DNA of 64,000 nucleotides from the human T2T-CHM13v2.0 reference genome, Homo sapiens. The DNA lies in assembly GCF_009914755.1 (NCBI RefSeq), contig NC_060932.1; one strand, given 5' to 3'. This document shows, in pieces, positions 31,732 through 45,739 of the stretch. Position numbers and translations under genes: made by a program. The notes beneath the pieces were generated by a model. That model was not told the origin of the DNA. It saw only the letters and a list, made by a program, of their open reading frames with translations, and made no database searches. Position 1 is the first letter of the stretch, and every line of letters starts with the position of its first letter.

Positions 31732-31863
31732 CCAAGTTTGAATCATTTACTGGCAAAAAGTTTCTCCTTGTTTCATAAGCCTACCTAAATTCATTTAGGT
31801 GAGGAAGAATGAGACTTTTTTTTTTTTCTTTGAGATGAAATCTCTCTTTGTCTCCCAGGCTGA

Positions 31864-32052
<189 letters not shown>

Positions 32053-33689
32053 TGATCCACCTGCCTCAGCCTCCCAAAGTGCTGGGATTACAAGCATAAG
32101 CCAGTGCACCCGGCCAAGAATGAGACTTATCTTTAGTTTTTTTTGGAGAGAATCAATACAATATTTGCCCATAAAACCCAGAGTCTTACCTTGATATGAT
32201 ATATATTAACTATTCTTCTAACCTGCAATTCATCTGACGTTAGGCCACATGTTGCCCTAGTAATCCTTATAATACATTGGAGCAGAAGTCTTGTGAATTA
32301 TTAAAATCCTGTTCAATTACCCTTTTATATTATCCACCTGGGAGAACTCTGATTTTCCAATGCTTGTCTTAGAGATGGCCCATCTCACAATCTTCTCACT
32401 TATAAGCTGTTGATTTACAAATCCCAGCCTTCTCCCTCTTATACTGCAATTGATTGCTTCTCAAATCACCCCTGACAAACTGTCAGTGATTCTTGAAGGC
32501 ACAAGAAATGACTAGCATCTAGGTGTTTGGTAATTCAGATCCCAAGGTAGGAGTGAAGATCTGCCCTATATAGAAACTAGATCTCAATCCACTTCTAGAC
32601 CATTCTAGATTGTTGTTCCTCTGATATTTCCCTTCTTTCTTTGTGGCTTATCTCTTGATCCAAGCTAATCACCCCAAAGAGCCACTTCACTAGCCAATGA
32701 GTTGCCAGGCTCCTTCAAATGAATACTAACAGTCAAATGACCAGAAAATCATTCCTATAATGTATTTTAGCATCCACCCACTCCATTCCCAATGTGCTAA
32801 CCCACCATTTGATAAATGGAAGTATTCATTGTCACTCTGACCTCCTGTATGTATTGGGGAAAGGCACAGGAGGTAAGATGCTACAGCACCTTTGGTTAGC
32901 TGGAAAGGCTGTGAAATACTGAAGACAGACTTGTGGTGTCTGGATGACACAGCCAGGAGAAAAAACAAATCCAATTGAAAAAAAGCCTTTAAAGTAATAT
33001 GTCTTTGTTGACATTCTTATAGGAGGAAGTCAAAGAGGAATTTCATTGCACAACACACAAGAAGCTTTCAAAAATCCTCTTTCCAAATTTCTCCCACCAA
33101 AATCCTACTGCCTATAGCTGCTGTTTCTTTCTCTTCCTCCTTCTTTCTTCTGCTGTCCTCGACCTTGTTCTCCTCACTTCCTAACTACTCCTTTCCTTTC
33201 TTTTCTTTCTCAAGTAGAGAAATACAGCCTGCTCCTGACTTCCCAACTCTCAACTTTGTCAAAGGCCTAGCAGCTGACAGAGCCAGCAAATAACCTGTCC
33301 CCTTTGTCTGTCAGGGTAAAATATCTAATTTTTTTTTCTTTTCATGGTGACAATATCAGACTAGTCTCAGTTTACCTGATGTGTTCCCAAGGAGTACGTA
33401 TAGGGCCTTTATAATTTTATCCCCAGACCCCTCGAATGGCCATGACTGGCAAAGGATATGAAAAGACCATCCCTCCCTCCTCTCCATGGACGACTGACCA
33501 CCTTTTGCCTGGTGACCTACCCAGCTGTCCATCACTGGAATTGTTCAGCAGAAAGGAGAATGATCTGTCAGGGACTCTGTCTCTAAGATTCTGTGATTCC
33601 AAATGCCCCTGCTCCTTGCAATTCATATTCTGTCCTCTAATTGCTTCTTTAAAACTGACCCTCTCACCTTTTCCATCCTTCAGCTTTAA

Positions 33690-33998
<309 letters not shown>

Positions 33999-34429
33999 TG
34001 AGCCACCATGCCTGGCAAGAATAGTTATTATTCTATCAGTCTTTCTTTCTTCCTTTCCTTTCCTTTCTTTCCTTCCTTCCCCCTTTATTCCTTTCTTTTC
34101 TTTCTCTCTCTCCTTCTTTGTCTTTCCCCATGTTGCTAAAAACCTTCTAGTAATCTCACCTCGACAATCTCAGTCTTACCCTCTGCACGATCCAGACCAT
34201 CATCATATCCCAAGGTCAAGTGTTATCTGTCCAATCTCTAACTTGGGCCTGTTGAATTGTTTTCTGTGTATAAAAGCAATAATATTGAGGAAGAATTAGA
34301 TTTTCACGGGACTCACACTTGCTATGACTCATTCTGGGAAGTGGAACACTTAAGAAGTGATAGCTGTGGCCAGCACCCAATTTCCATTATTCTTTGAGGG
34401 ATAAATAAATACCACCGTGCCAAACTTAT

Positions 34430-34950
34430 TAGTCAGGCCTGTTTTTGGAGACAAGTGACAGGAACTGAATTCATGCTAGCTTAAGCAAAAAAAATGAACT
34501 TGTTAGCTTCCTTAACTGGGAAACTCAGGAGTATAACTGGCCCCAGGCACAGCACGACCCTGGGTTTAAACAAAGTTGGTAGGGTCTGTTCTCTAAATCT
34601 CTCATTTCTGGTTTGCTCCTTCATATCAGTCCCATTTTTTCCTACTTCAAAAGAGCCCCCAGCCCTCAAAAATGAGCTTCCCTCGTGCACTTGGGAACAT
34701 GGCTGCTGGCAGCTCCCAGCTATGACATCCTAATTTAGCAGCACCAGCAGAAAACAAATTTTTCTCTCGCACATTCATATATTAGTTCCAGGGAAAGACT
34801 GTAATTGATTCTGCTCAGTGAAAACGCTCACCCTTTGGACCGCTGTTGCCAGAGATGGAATCCTACGGTGGCCAGCCCAAAAAAAACCACAGGGAATAGA
34901 GAAGTGAGGTCCCATAGGAAGGGATGCGGGACAGAGAAAATCACATATGT
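34430..34950 (-). mobile_element. Old MLT1 (J/K-like) LTR
   Basis: CAAGTGACAGGAAC..GCTTAAGCAAAAAA..AACTGGGAAACTCAGGAG..CAGGCACAGC, typical of an antisense MLT1J/K 3' end. Confidence 0.55.
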
Positions 34951-35520
34951 CCATTACACGAGGGAGAAGGGACACCTTTGAGAGTCAAAGGACACGTGCA
35001 CTTTCACTAGCTGTGCGACCTCTGACAAACCGCTTTGCCTTTCTCAGCCTCCGTTCCTCAGGTGCAAAACGGTTACCTGGGTGGTTATTAAGACATTACC
35101 AAGTTACGTGTCACAGCGTCTCTCTACTCTGGATTTCTCAGATAATGGAAAACTGACTTCGTGGAGGAAGGCACCGCAACTGAGCCTGCTGTCCTCAGTG
35201 TTCATGCAGATACCCTCGTGGAGCGCTCCACGGTTTACGGAAAACTCTTGCATCGACTGCATAAATTAGAAAATGAAGCGTAGGAGGCCAGACTGCCTAG
35301 AGTACAGACTCAGATCAGCTTAGTGCGTGACTGGAGTCTCATGCAGGCACACAAACCATAGGGCGATGCTGCCACCGAGTCATTTCCTGGATTAGGAGAA
35401 GTGGCAGAGACGCCCTCAGGGACCACACGTGTCAGATCTCCACCTCCCAAGCAGCGTTGCCCGGACGCGCCGCTCGGGGCCCAGAGCGCTGCGTGCACGC
35501 AGCCTCTAGCAACCACTTAC

Positions 35521-35886
35521 CGCGTGTGTGCGCATGTGTGTACGTGTGTGTGCACGTGTGTATATGTGTAGGTGCACGCAGGCGTGTGCGCGAGTGTGTG
35601 TACGTGTGTGTACACGCGTGTATATGTGTGGGTGCGCGAGTGTGTATGTGTGACGCGTGTGTACGTGTGTATGCGCACGTGTGAGTGCACTCGGGTGTAT
35701 GTGCTTGTGTGCACGCGCGCGTGTGTATCCGTGTGTGTGCGCGTGTATTTGTGCATGTGTGAGCGCGCCCGTGTGTGCACGCATGTGTGTACGTATGTGT
35801 GTCGTGTGTGCGCGCGTGTATGTGCGTGTGTGCGCACTCGGGGGTGTACGTGTGAGTGCGCGCGCGCACGCGTGTCTGTGTGTGTG
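35521..35886. repeat. Degenerate alternating purine-pyrimidine (TG/CG/TA) array with an internal ~60-bp duplication
   Basis: Read directly; 35522-35581 and 35582-35641 are near copies. Confidence 0.95.
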
Positions 35887-36100
35887 GCATGGGAGGTGGG
35901 CGGCAAGGAAAGCAGGCGAGACATTTTTTAAATAAAATAAGAAAAATAAAAGCCCAGCCTTCCAGGGCGTCTTCAGCCAGCCCCTCCCTCCCTCCCTCCC
36001 GCCCCACCTCCGGCTCCGGGGCCGCGGCTCCGGCGCCGCGTTTTCCCGGCCGCCCCGCGCCCGAGGGTTAAAGCTCCCCCGCCAGGAGTAAACAGCACCC
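35521..36100 (-). other. ZNF395: Candidate upstream alternative first exon of ZNF395
   Basis: Consensus donor CACGCG|GTAAGT (+ strand ACTTAC 35515-35520) on the ZNF395 strand, downstream of a CpG island. The TSS is unknown. Confidence 0.5.
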
Positions 36101-36367
36101 CAGTCGGCAGCCGGCAGCCCCGCCCCTCGGCCCGTTTCCTGCGCCAGCCCTGGCAACAGGCCCCGCCCTTCGCGACAAGCCCCGCCCCGCGCCATCCGTC
36201 TGGCCCTTCCTGGCGTCCGCCTACTAGCGGCGGGGTCCCGGCCCGTGCCGAGTGCCCAGCCAGCCCCAACCCTCTTCCCCCGGGATTCTGCGGCCAGAGC
36301 CCCAGCCGAGGGAGGGTGCGTGCCGCGCACGTGACTCTTGTTGTAGGCGGGGCCTGCGCAGCGTCGG

Positions 36368-36600
36368 TGGAGAGAAGAGGGGAGGAGGAGGGAGGGAGGA
36401 GGTGGGGAGGAGGGAGGGGGGAGGGGTAGATGGGGAGGAGGGAGGGAGGAGGAGGGACAGGGAAGGAAGGAAAGAGAGTGGAGGGGCGGAGGGAGGGGAG
36501 GAGGGAGAGAAGGAGGGGAGGAGGGAGAGAAGGAGGGGAGGGACGGAGGGGAAAGCAGGGGAGGGGGAAGGGGAAAGCAGGGGAAGGGGCGGGGCGAGGG
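36368..36600 (+). repeat. G/A-rich polypurine tract (G4 or triplex-prone)
   Basis: ~230 bp almost exclusively G and A, with many GGG runs. Confidence 0.9.
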
Positions 36601-37069
36601 TCTGGCCTAGTCTCCTCCAGCTTCGCGGAGCCCGCCTGGGGCGCCGCTCTCCCGCCCCCGCCCCTCCACGGGTCCAGCTGGGAACTGGCTATGGCCTCGC
36701 CGCCCGGCGAGGGCTGCAGTGGGTTCCCCGACGACTTTGCCGCGGTTGCTGCTTCTGCCAGCGCAGCCTCGGAGCGCTGCCCGGCTGCAGGGCTCTCACC
36801 TCTTCCCCAGGTCCCTGCTCAGCAGAGCCTCTTAAGCTTCCTGCCTGTGTCCACAGAACCCGACATCTCAAGCCCCCTGAACGCACAGGCTCCTGCTGCA
36901 TAAACACCCCGCCCTCCTGCCTCCTGCACACACAGGCCTACATTGTAGGGCCTCCCACGCCTCTCCGTTCCTGGAATGGAGCTCACCTAACCCTGTGCTC
37001 GTCCTGCTGTCTTCTCTAAGGGTGGGGAAACTTGAGGTTCAGAAAGCTGGAAGGATTTCAGTGTGCACC

Positions 37070-37930
37070 ATACATCGACCACACAACAGTCCCACTCCTA
37101 GGTATTACCCAAGAGAAATTAAAACAGATGCCCACGCTAAGACTTCTACGTGCATCACAGCCAACCAGAAAATAATCACAATATCTGTGAACAGGAAAGT
37201 GAATAACCAAATTGCAATATACCCATGCAATGGAACGCTACTCAATAAAAAGAAATAAACTTCTGATGCAGTCACTACCTGGGAGGAACCTCAGAAGTAT
37301 TCGCTCTGGTGGACCCGGCACAGTGGCCCACCATTGTAATCCCAACACTTTGGGAGGCCAAGGTAGGAGATCACTTGAGGCCAGGAGTTTGAGACCAGCC
37401 TGGGCAACATAGTGAGACACCCCCCTCAACAACCCGCATCTCTTCAAAAATTAGAAAAATTAGCCAGGCATGGTGGTGCAGTCCTGTATTCTCAGCTGCT
37501 GGAGAGGCTGAGGTGGGTGGATCACTTGAACACAGAAGTTCAAAGCTGCAGTGAGCTGTGATCTCACCACTGCATTCAACCTGGGCGACAGAATGAGACC
37601 CTGTCTCTCAAATAAATTTAAAATAAAAATACATAAAGTATTAGCTATGTGAAAAAAGCCAGACATACTGTAATGATTCCATTTCTGTGAAATTCCAGAA
37701 ATGACAAAACTGTAACGGCAGTGAGCAGATCAGAGGTTACCAGGGGACAGGGTCAGAAGGAGGGGATTGACGAGAAAGGGGCAAGAGGAAATTTGGGGGG
37801 ATGATGGAACTGTTTTATATTTTGATTGTTGTGGTGGTCACAAGGCTATATACAATTGTCAACATTCATTGAAATGTGCACTTAAAGTTGGTAAATTGTG
37901 TTTTATCTAAATTATTCCTGAATAAAACTG
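37070..37930 (+). mobile_element. L1M 3' fragment interrupted by an AluJ (37311-37625)
   Basis: CCACTCCTAGGTATTACCCAAGAGAAAT ... GATGATGGAACTGTT ... AAATTATTCCTGAATAAA. Confidence 0.75.
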
Positions 37931-38050
37931 GTATTTTAAGGAAGGAAAGGTGGAAAAATTTCCTAGATCCGAACCAAGACTGGAACTCAGAACTCCTGTT
38001 GCCAAGGGCTTCTTTCTACCCTGATCTCTTTGTGTAATTCAGGGGCAAAT

Positions 38051-38575
38051 GGAGGTAGATAGCAGGACTCGACTCCAGAGGTGGGGCTTGGACACTGGAC
38101 CAAACTGAGCACTAACTAAAAGAGGGACAGAGAGGAAGCAGCTTTCCCATCAGTGAAGTGGGAAAGACACTTCACTGGTGGGAAAGACACGCCCACCATG
38201 TCAGTGTATCATTGCCATGGCAACACCCCAGAATGACTGCCCCTTTCCATGGCAATGACTCAATGACCCAAAAGTTACCACCCTTCTCCTAGACATTTCT
38301 GCATAAACCACCCCTTAATCTGTTACATGTAATTGAAAGTAGGTGTAAATCTGACTGCAGCCTGAGCTGCTACTCTCAGCACACTGCCTTATGGGGTAGC
38401 CCTGCTCTGCAGGAGCAGTTGAGGGGCTGTAACGCTGCTGGAGTTGTAACATTGCCACTTCAGTAAAGCTGTTATCTTCTACCCTACTACTAGCTCACCC
38501 TTGAATTCTTTCCTGAGCAAAGCCAAGAACCCTCACGGGCTAAACCCCTCTTTGGGGTTCACCTGCCTTGCATCA
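38051..38575 (+). mobile_element. ERV1 solo LTR, MER66-like (MER4 group)
   Basis: Starts GAGGTAG..GGACTCGACTCC, contains TGCCATGGCAAC, and ends CTTGAATTCTTTCCTG..AGCCAAGAACCCTC..CTGCCTTGCATCA. Imperfect 4-bp TSD AAAT/AGAT. Confidence 0.75.
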
Positions 38576-38765
38576 AGATGACTACCCGGAAACTGGCAGT
38601 ATCCAGCTATTGTCATCCAGTTAACACCCTCCAGATCTTCCCTCCCAGGGAAAATGCCCTTTACCTTCTATCTGTCTCAAGGTAGCTCCAGGAAATAGAT
38701 CAGAGCTGGCGGAAAAGGAAGCTGGAGAACCTTCACTAAACCTTCACTGCAAGATAAGCAGTCAT

Positions 38766-39310
<545 letters not shown>

Positions 39311-39756
39311 AAGCCATCAAAACAATCACTCTGTGCTGTGTTCTTAGTGTCCCTACCACTCTTCCTGATCCCTCCTTCACCTCAGCTTTAGGACTGACTT
39401 CAAGATTACCAGCAGAGTGAATGGAGGGTTGGAGGGCAAGGTAGCTCTATTGACACAGGTGTGCATGATGCAGTGCTGGAATGGGGAAATATGGGGTTCA
39501 GAGAAGGAAGTCATGGGTCCAGGCAGTGGAGTGGGGAGACAAAGTAACTCCCAGATACAATGTGGACGGGTAGTCTGACATCTCCTGGTCTCTGAGCTCT
39601 TGATTCACAAGTGAGTATGTATGTCTGGCTTTCCCTTGCACTGTATGTTTCCTGAGAGCAGACACCGTGTTTTGTTTACTGTTATTCATCCTTTAGCACC
39701 TAGCTCAGTGCTTGGGGTGTAAGTGATCAACAAATGTTTGAATATTTGTTCAATGA

Positions 39757-39900
<144 letters not shown>

Positions 39901-41570
39901 TAGGACTACAGGCATGAGCCACTACATCCGGCTAATTTTAAATTTTTTTTGTAGAGACAGGGTCTCTCTGTGTTGCGCAGGCTAAGCTTTTGTATGTATC
40001 ACCACACTGAGCCCTGTAGAGAGGTTGCTAATTTTAACAAATTTTAGAGTTCCCTTATCCAACTCTTTCACTTCAGAGTTAAAGGAATCAAGGAAAGATA
40101 TTTGCCTGGGGTTATATGACAAGTTGGAAACAGAGGCCAAGTCTCTGCTTTCAACCTGATGTTATTTCCTTCACACCGCTCTGTACTTACAATGCGATTG
40201 GAACGAAAAACAAACTCCCTAAAACTTACAGAATTAAATGAGGCAGTATGTGGTTAAGACTCGAATGCATGGTACATATGGTAGGTGTGGCTCAAGTTGA
40301 GAAGACTGGATTCCCCAAGGCCTGGGATTGGGCAGAAAATGCTCACTGCAAAAGAGGGTTTGAACTTACCCTGAAGGATGGGTAGGATTTGGGATTCAGG
40401 AAATAGAAGTCCTGGGAGTGGAGGTAGCTTTCTGCTGAGGCCATGGGAAAACAAGAGGGGTTTGCACGGACCATAGTAAGACAAAATGTTGGAGGATTAG
40501 GTTGAGGCCAGATTGTGGGAAATTTCAAATGCCAGGATAAGGAGTTTCTACCTTAGTCTATGGGCAATGAGGAACCCCTGTATATAGACACAGCTAGGCA
40601 CTGAACCAAGACAAGACACCGGGCAAAGGTCTGCCAATGTGATCTGATTTGCATCTTTTGCAGACAGTTGCTTGCCATATATATGCATTTACTGAATTCA
40701 CCCCCACACAAAGGAAACTCCACCAGCTAGCTTGTCTATATTTATTTTGCCTCCATATACACATGATACTTGTTGGGAGCAGAGGAAGGGGAGGGAGATT
40801 AACATGGTTGGTGTGTCTGCTGTAGACTAGACAATTTCACCAGCAGTAGTATCTCATTTAATCCTGACAATCTTGTGGGGAGTGGGTGTTATTGCCTCAG
40901 TAACCCCCAGAGAGGGTCAGTAACTTTCCCAGCGCACAGGGCTAGGAAGTGGTGGAGCCAGAATTCAAACAAATTCAGCTTTGACACCAAAGCCCTCCCC
41001 AATTGCTTCTCGAAACCTTCCCATGAGAAGATACAGGAATTGGGGTCTCAATGCCAGGTTCCTTGAAGTCAAAGCTGGGTTTGAATTTCCATTTCCACTA
41101 CTTACTAGCTGGTGGCAGAGGCTCATGACTCTGATGGACCTTAAGCTTCAGGCCCCCTCACTTTACACAGGCCCCTTGCAAGCCTGCTGCCCAATTTTCA
41201 AATCCCTAATTTTGCATTATTGTCCTGAAACAGGGCTTCAACGATTGTGTAAACCTCAGGCCTCATGAAACATGAATCTGCTGAAGGTACATGACCTCTA
41301 TCAAGTTACTTGCTGAGACTTAGTTTCTGTATCTGGATAAAATCATCCTGGACTCTGGTCTACCAGCTTAACATCCAGTTGAGACATAATACTAGAGATG
41401 CTGCAGTAACTTGAACCTGATCTCACCTAGCCTTATCCCAAAGGCAAAGGTTCACAGAGCCCCTAGGTCAAAAGAAATACCTAACGGATTGTTAAGTACA
41501 AAGGTCCAAACAACTTAATAGGTATTCATGTCTTAACAATTTAGTAATTATTTGCAAAAACAATACATAG

Positions 41571-41732
<162 letters not shown>

Positions 41733-41942
41733 TAGCTGGGATTACAGGCATGCGCCTCCACTCCCTGCTAATTTTGTATATTTAGTAGAGATGGGATTTC
41801 ACCATGTTGGCCAGGCTAGTCTTGAATTCCTGACCTCAGGTGATCCGCCCGCCTCGGCCTCCTAAAGTCTTGGGATGACAGGTGTGAACCACTGCGCCTG
41901 GCCTTTATTTTATTCTTTTTTTTTTTAATTTTTTTTTTTTGA

Positions 41943-42263
<321 letters not shown>

Positions 42264-44016
42264 TGAGTGCACCTGTTGAGCACTGCACAATTTCCCAAAC
42301 CTTAGAATCAGATGCACACAATCGTCCTGATTTCCTATTTCCCATCCATTTTCATATGCAGTGCTTGCTTTTTAACACAGTATCCGGCAAAACCCAATTC
42401 TGTCAAGATACGATGCCACTGAAAGGAATGTAATGCAATGTAATGTTGAAACTGTGCATTGCCTTTGACTAACAGTTCATGCAGTGTGTGACAGATGGCA
42501 GGTGTCACTGTGTCCCTCTGCAACATTTAAAATATCTTGATGAGGCCGGGCGCAGTGGCTCCCACTTGTAATCCCAGCACTTTGGGAGGCTGAGGTGGGC
42601 GGATCACTTGAGGCCAGGAGTTCAAGACCAACCTGGCCAACATGGCGAAACCCCATCTCTACTAAAAATACAAACATTAGCCTGGCATGGTGGTACACTC
42701 CTGTAGTCCCAGCTACTTGGGGAGGCTGAAGCAGGAGAATCCCTTGAACCCAGGAGGTGGAGGTTGCAGTGAGCCGAGATCATGCCACTGAATGCCAGCC
42801 TGGGCGACAGAGCGAGACTCTGTCTCAAAAAAATAAAATATCTTGACGTGCCCCTGTGAATTTGTGGCAGCACCCTAGGGCACCTCAACACACAATTTGG
42901 GATACATGGACTTAAGGAAACTGTTAGAGGCTATATCAGGAAGCAACCAAAAGGCAGCATGGGCCAGGCACGGTGGCTCACGCCTATAATCCCAGCACTT
43001 TGGGAGGCCAAGGCCAGCGGATTGCCCGAGCTCAGGAGTTTGCGACCAGCCTGGGCAACATGGTTAAACCCTGTCTATACTAAAATACAAAAAATTAGCC
43101 GGGCGTGGCGGCATGCGCCTGTATCCCAGCTACTTGGGAGGCTGAGGCAGAATTGCTTGAAGCCGGGATGCGGAGGTTGCAGTGAGCTGAGATTGCGCCA
43201 CTATACTCCAGCCTGGGCAACAGACTCCATCCCCACCCCCCCAAAAAAGCAGTATGGTTCTTTCCAGGAGAATAGAAGCAGGGAACCACCTGTATGTATC
43301 CTTGTTCACAGTTGGCCACCCTGTCATTGTTCCATGGTCTGCAGGAAATCTTCCTGAAGTCTCTCTTCCTAGTACCTCCTTCCACCCTGGGTTATGGCTA
43401 TTTACATAACATTAGCAGAGGAGAGAATAATGGTTGGTTGTTAGAAGGCCTGGGCTCAAGTCCCAGATCTGCCACTCAGGAGGTACAACACCTTGGTCAT
43501 AACCTCCTCTTTTTAGAGTCTCTTCCAGCTTTAAATATCTATGAATCTATGCATCTTCCCTCAAGCTTTCTCCTGAGAGGTCAACATTTTGCACTTAATT
43601 TTAACTTAGCCTCATCAGAGCAGGAAGGAAAGAAGGAAATGTTTCTTCCATTGTACACATTCTGCATGCTAGAAAGCTGGGGACTTTAAATCAAACAAAA
43701 ATCAATTTTCACATCAGGTAAATTTCTGAAAAGAGAGAAGAAAGAGCAAGAACATAAAGCTCTCTACGAGGTGCCCTTGTGTATGGGGCGCTGGAAATGT
43801 TTCTTGAGCTGAATGCAAATAACTAGGTGTCTTCAGTTTGAAAGAATTCATCAAACTGTACATTGTGATTTGTGTATATTCTACTTTAATTTCTTTTAAG
43901 GGCAGGAAAGCAAATTGCAGAATTGAAACAATATAGAAATTACATGAAAATACAACACAAACAATACTATTTTCTTTAAAAACTTGATGATGACTTGTAA
44001 AGGTGTGAATATGCTA

Positions 44017-44202
<186 letters not shown>

Positions 44203-45739
44203 TTAGCCCAGCATGATGACACATGCCTGTAGTCCCAGCTACTCGGGAGGGTGAGGTGGGAGGGTCACCTGAGCCCAGGTGGTCAAGGCTGCAATGAGCC
44301 GTGCTCGTGCCACTGCACTTCAGCCTGGGTAACAGAATGAGACCCTGTCTCAAAAAACAAAAAAAGAAAAAGAAAAAAATAATAATAAAATAAGGCTTTT
44401 GCCAGCTTAATAAGGAAGGTTTGAGACACAGACCAGCAAAGGAAGGCTCATGTCCTCTGCATGGTAGAGTCTGGCTTCTTCGAAGGCAGCCTTTTACTGC
44501 TCTGTCCCTGTCACACTACAAAGGAGCAGATGTTCAGCCTATGTAAATCCATAAGAAGGACAATTTATCAGGCTGGGTGCAGTGGCTCATGCCTGTAATC
44601 CCAACACTTTGGGAGGCTGAGGCAGGAGAATGGCTTGAGTCCTGGAGTTTGAGACCAGCCTGGGCCACATAGTGAGACCCGGTCTCTACCAATTTTTTTT
44701 TTTTTTTAATTAGTGTGGTGTGGTGGTGCCTGCGGTCCCAGCTAGCTACTTGGGAGACTGAGGCTGAAGGATCTCTTGAGCCCAGGAGGTCAAGGCTGCA
44801 GTGAGCTGTGATTGCGCCATTGCAATCCAACCTGAGTGACAGAGCAAGACTCTGTCTCAAAACAAAACAAAACAAAACAAAAAGGAGCAACCATTCTGAG
44901 AAGCCAAGGGTCAGAAGCCTGGGCTTGGCCTGCAGGCGATGATATGTTATCTGCTCCCATAAGCGACAGGAGCTGGCTCTGAAGCTAGAACCGAAGAAAC
45001 AGCCAGTGACCAGAGGCTGCTTGTTCTACAAGAAAGAGCACTGTCCTAGCCTTGGGGACGCAACTAGCAGAGTGACCAGAGCAAACCATCCATAAAATTA
45101 TGACCAGGCCAGGCGCAGTGGCTCAGGCCTGTAATCCCAGGCTGAGGCAGGCGGATCACTTGAGGTCAGGAGTTCAGGATCAGCCTGGCCAACATGGTGA
45201 AACCCCGTCTCTACTAGGCATAGTGGCACACGCCTGTAGTCCCAGCTACTTGGGAGGCTGAGGCAGGAGAATCACTTGAACCCCAGGGAGGGGGCAGAGA
45301 TTGGGCCACTGCCCAATTTTATATATATATAAAACTAGACAGTGGATAGAAAACCCTATCTTAAAAAAAAAAAAAGAACTTTAAAAGTATTTGTATCCTT
45401 TGATCCTTTAAAAAAATGAAAATGATTACATTTTGGTACAGCTGTACAATGTTAACATCGAACCATTAAACATATTTATGATGTGTTTAAGGAAATGGGA
45501 AATGTTTCTAAGATATTAAGTACAAAAAGCAAGACACTAATGACTTGCACAGAATGATCAAGTCTGTAAAGAGAAATAGAGCAAAACGTGAAGAAATATC
45601 CCACTACGTAAAGTGTTTGCTTCGGGTGGTGGAATTATGGGTGCGTTTCTGCGGGGTTTTTTTTGTGGGGGGGGCTAATTATTTACACTTTTCTGATTTG
45701 CCATAGTGTATACACTAAGCACATATTACTTTTATTATA

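Larger units (their letters stand above)
35400..36900. promoter_or_regulatory. Upstream CpG island, likely alternative ZNF395 promoter or enhancer
   Basis: CpG-rich with GC boxes, GTAAACA (36088-36094), GCACGTGAC E-box (36327-36335) and a minus-strand donor at 35521/35520. Confidence 0.75.

Noticed and set aside
35432-36330. Cys/Val-rich and His/Thr-rich ORFs resembling metal-binding proteins
   Set aside because: They are translations of a TG/CA-type array and are open simply because the repeat lacks stop codons.
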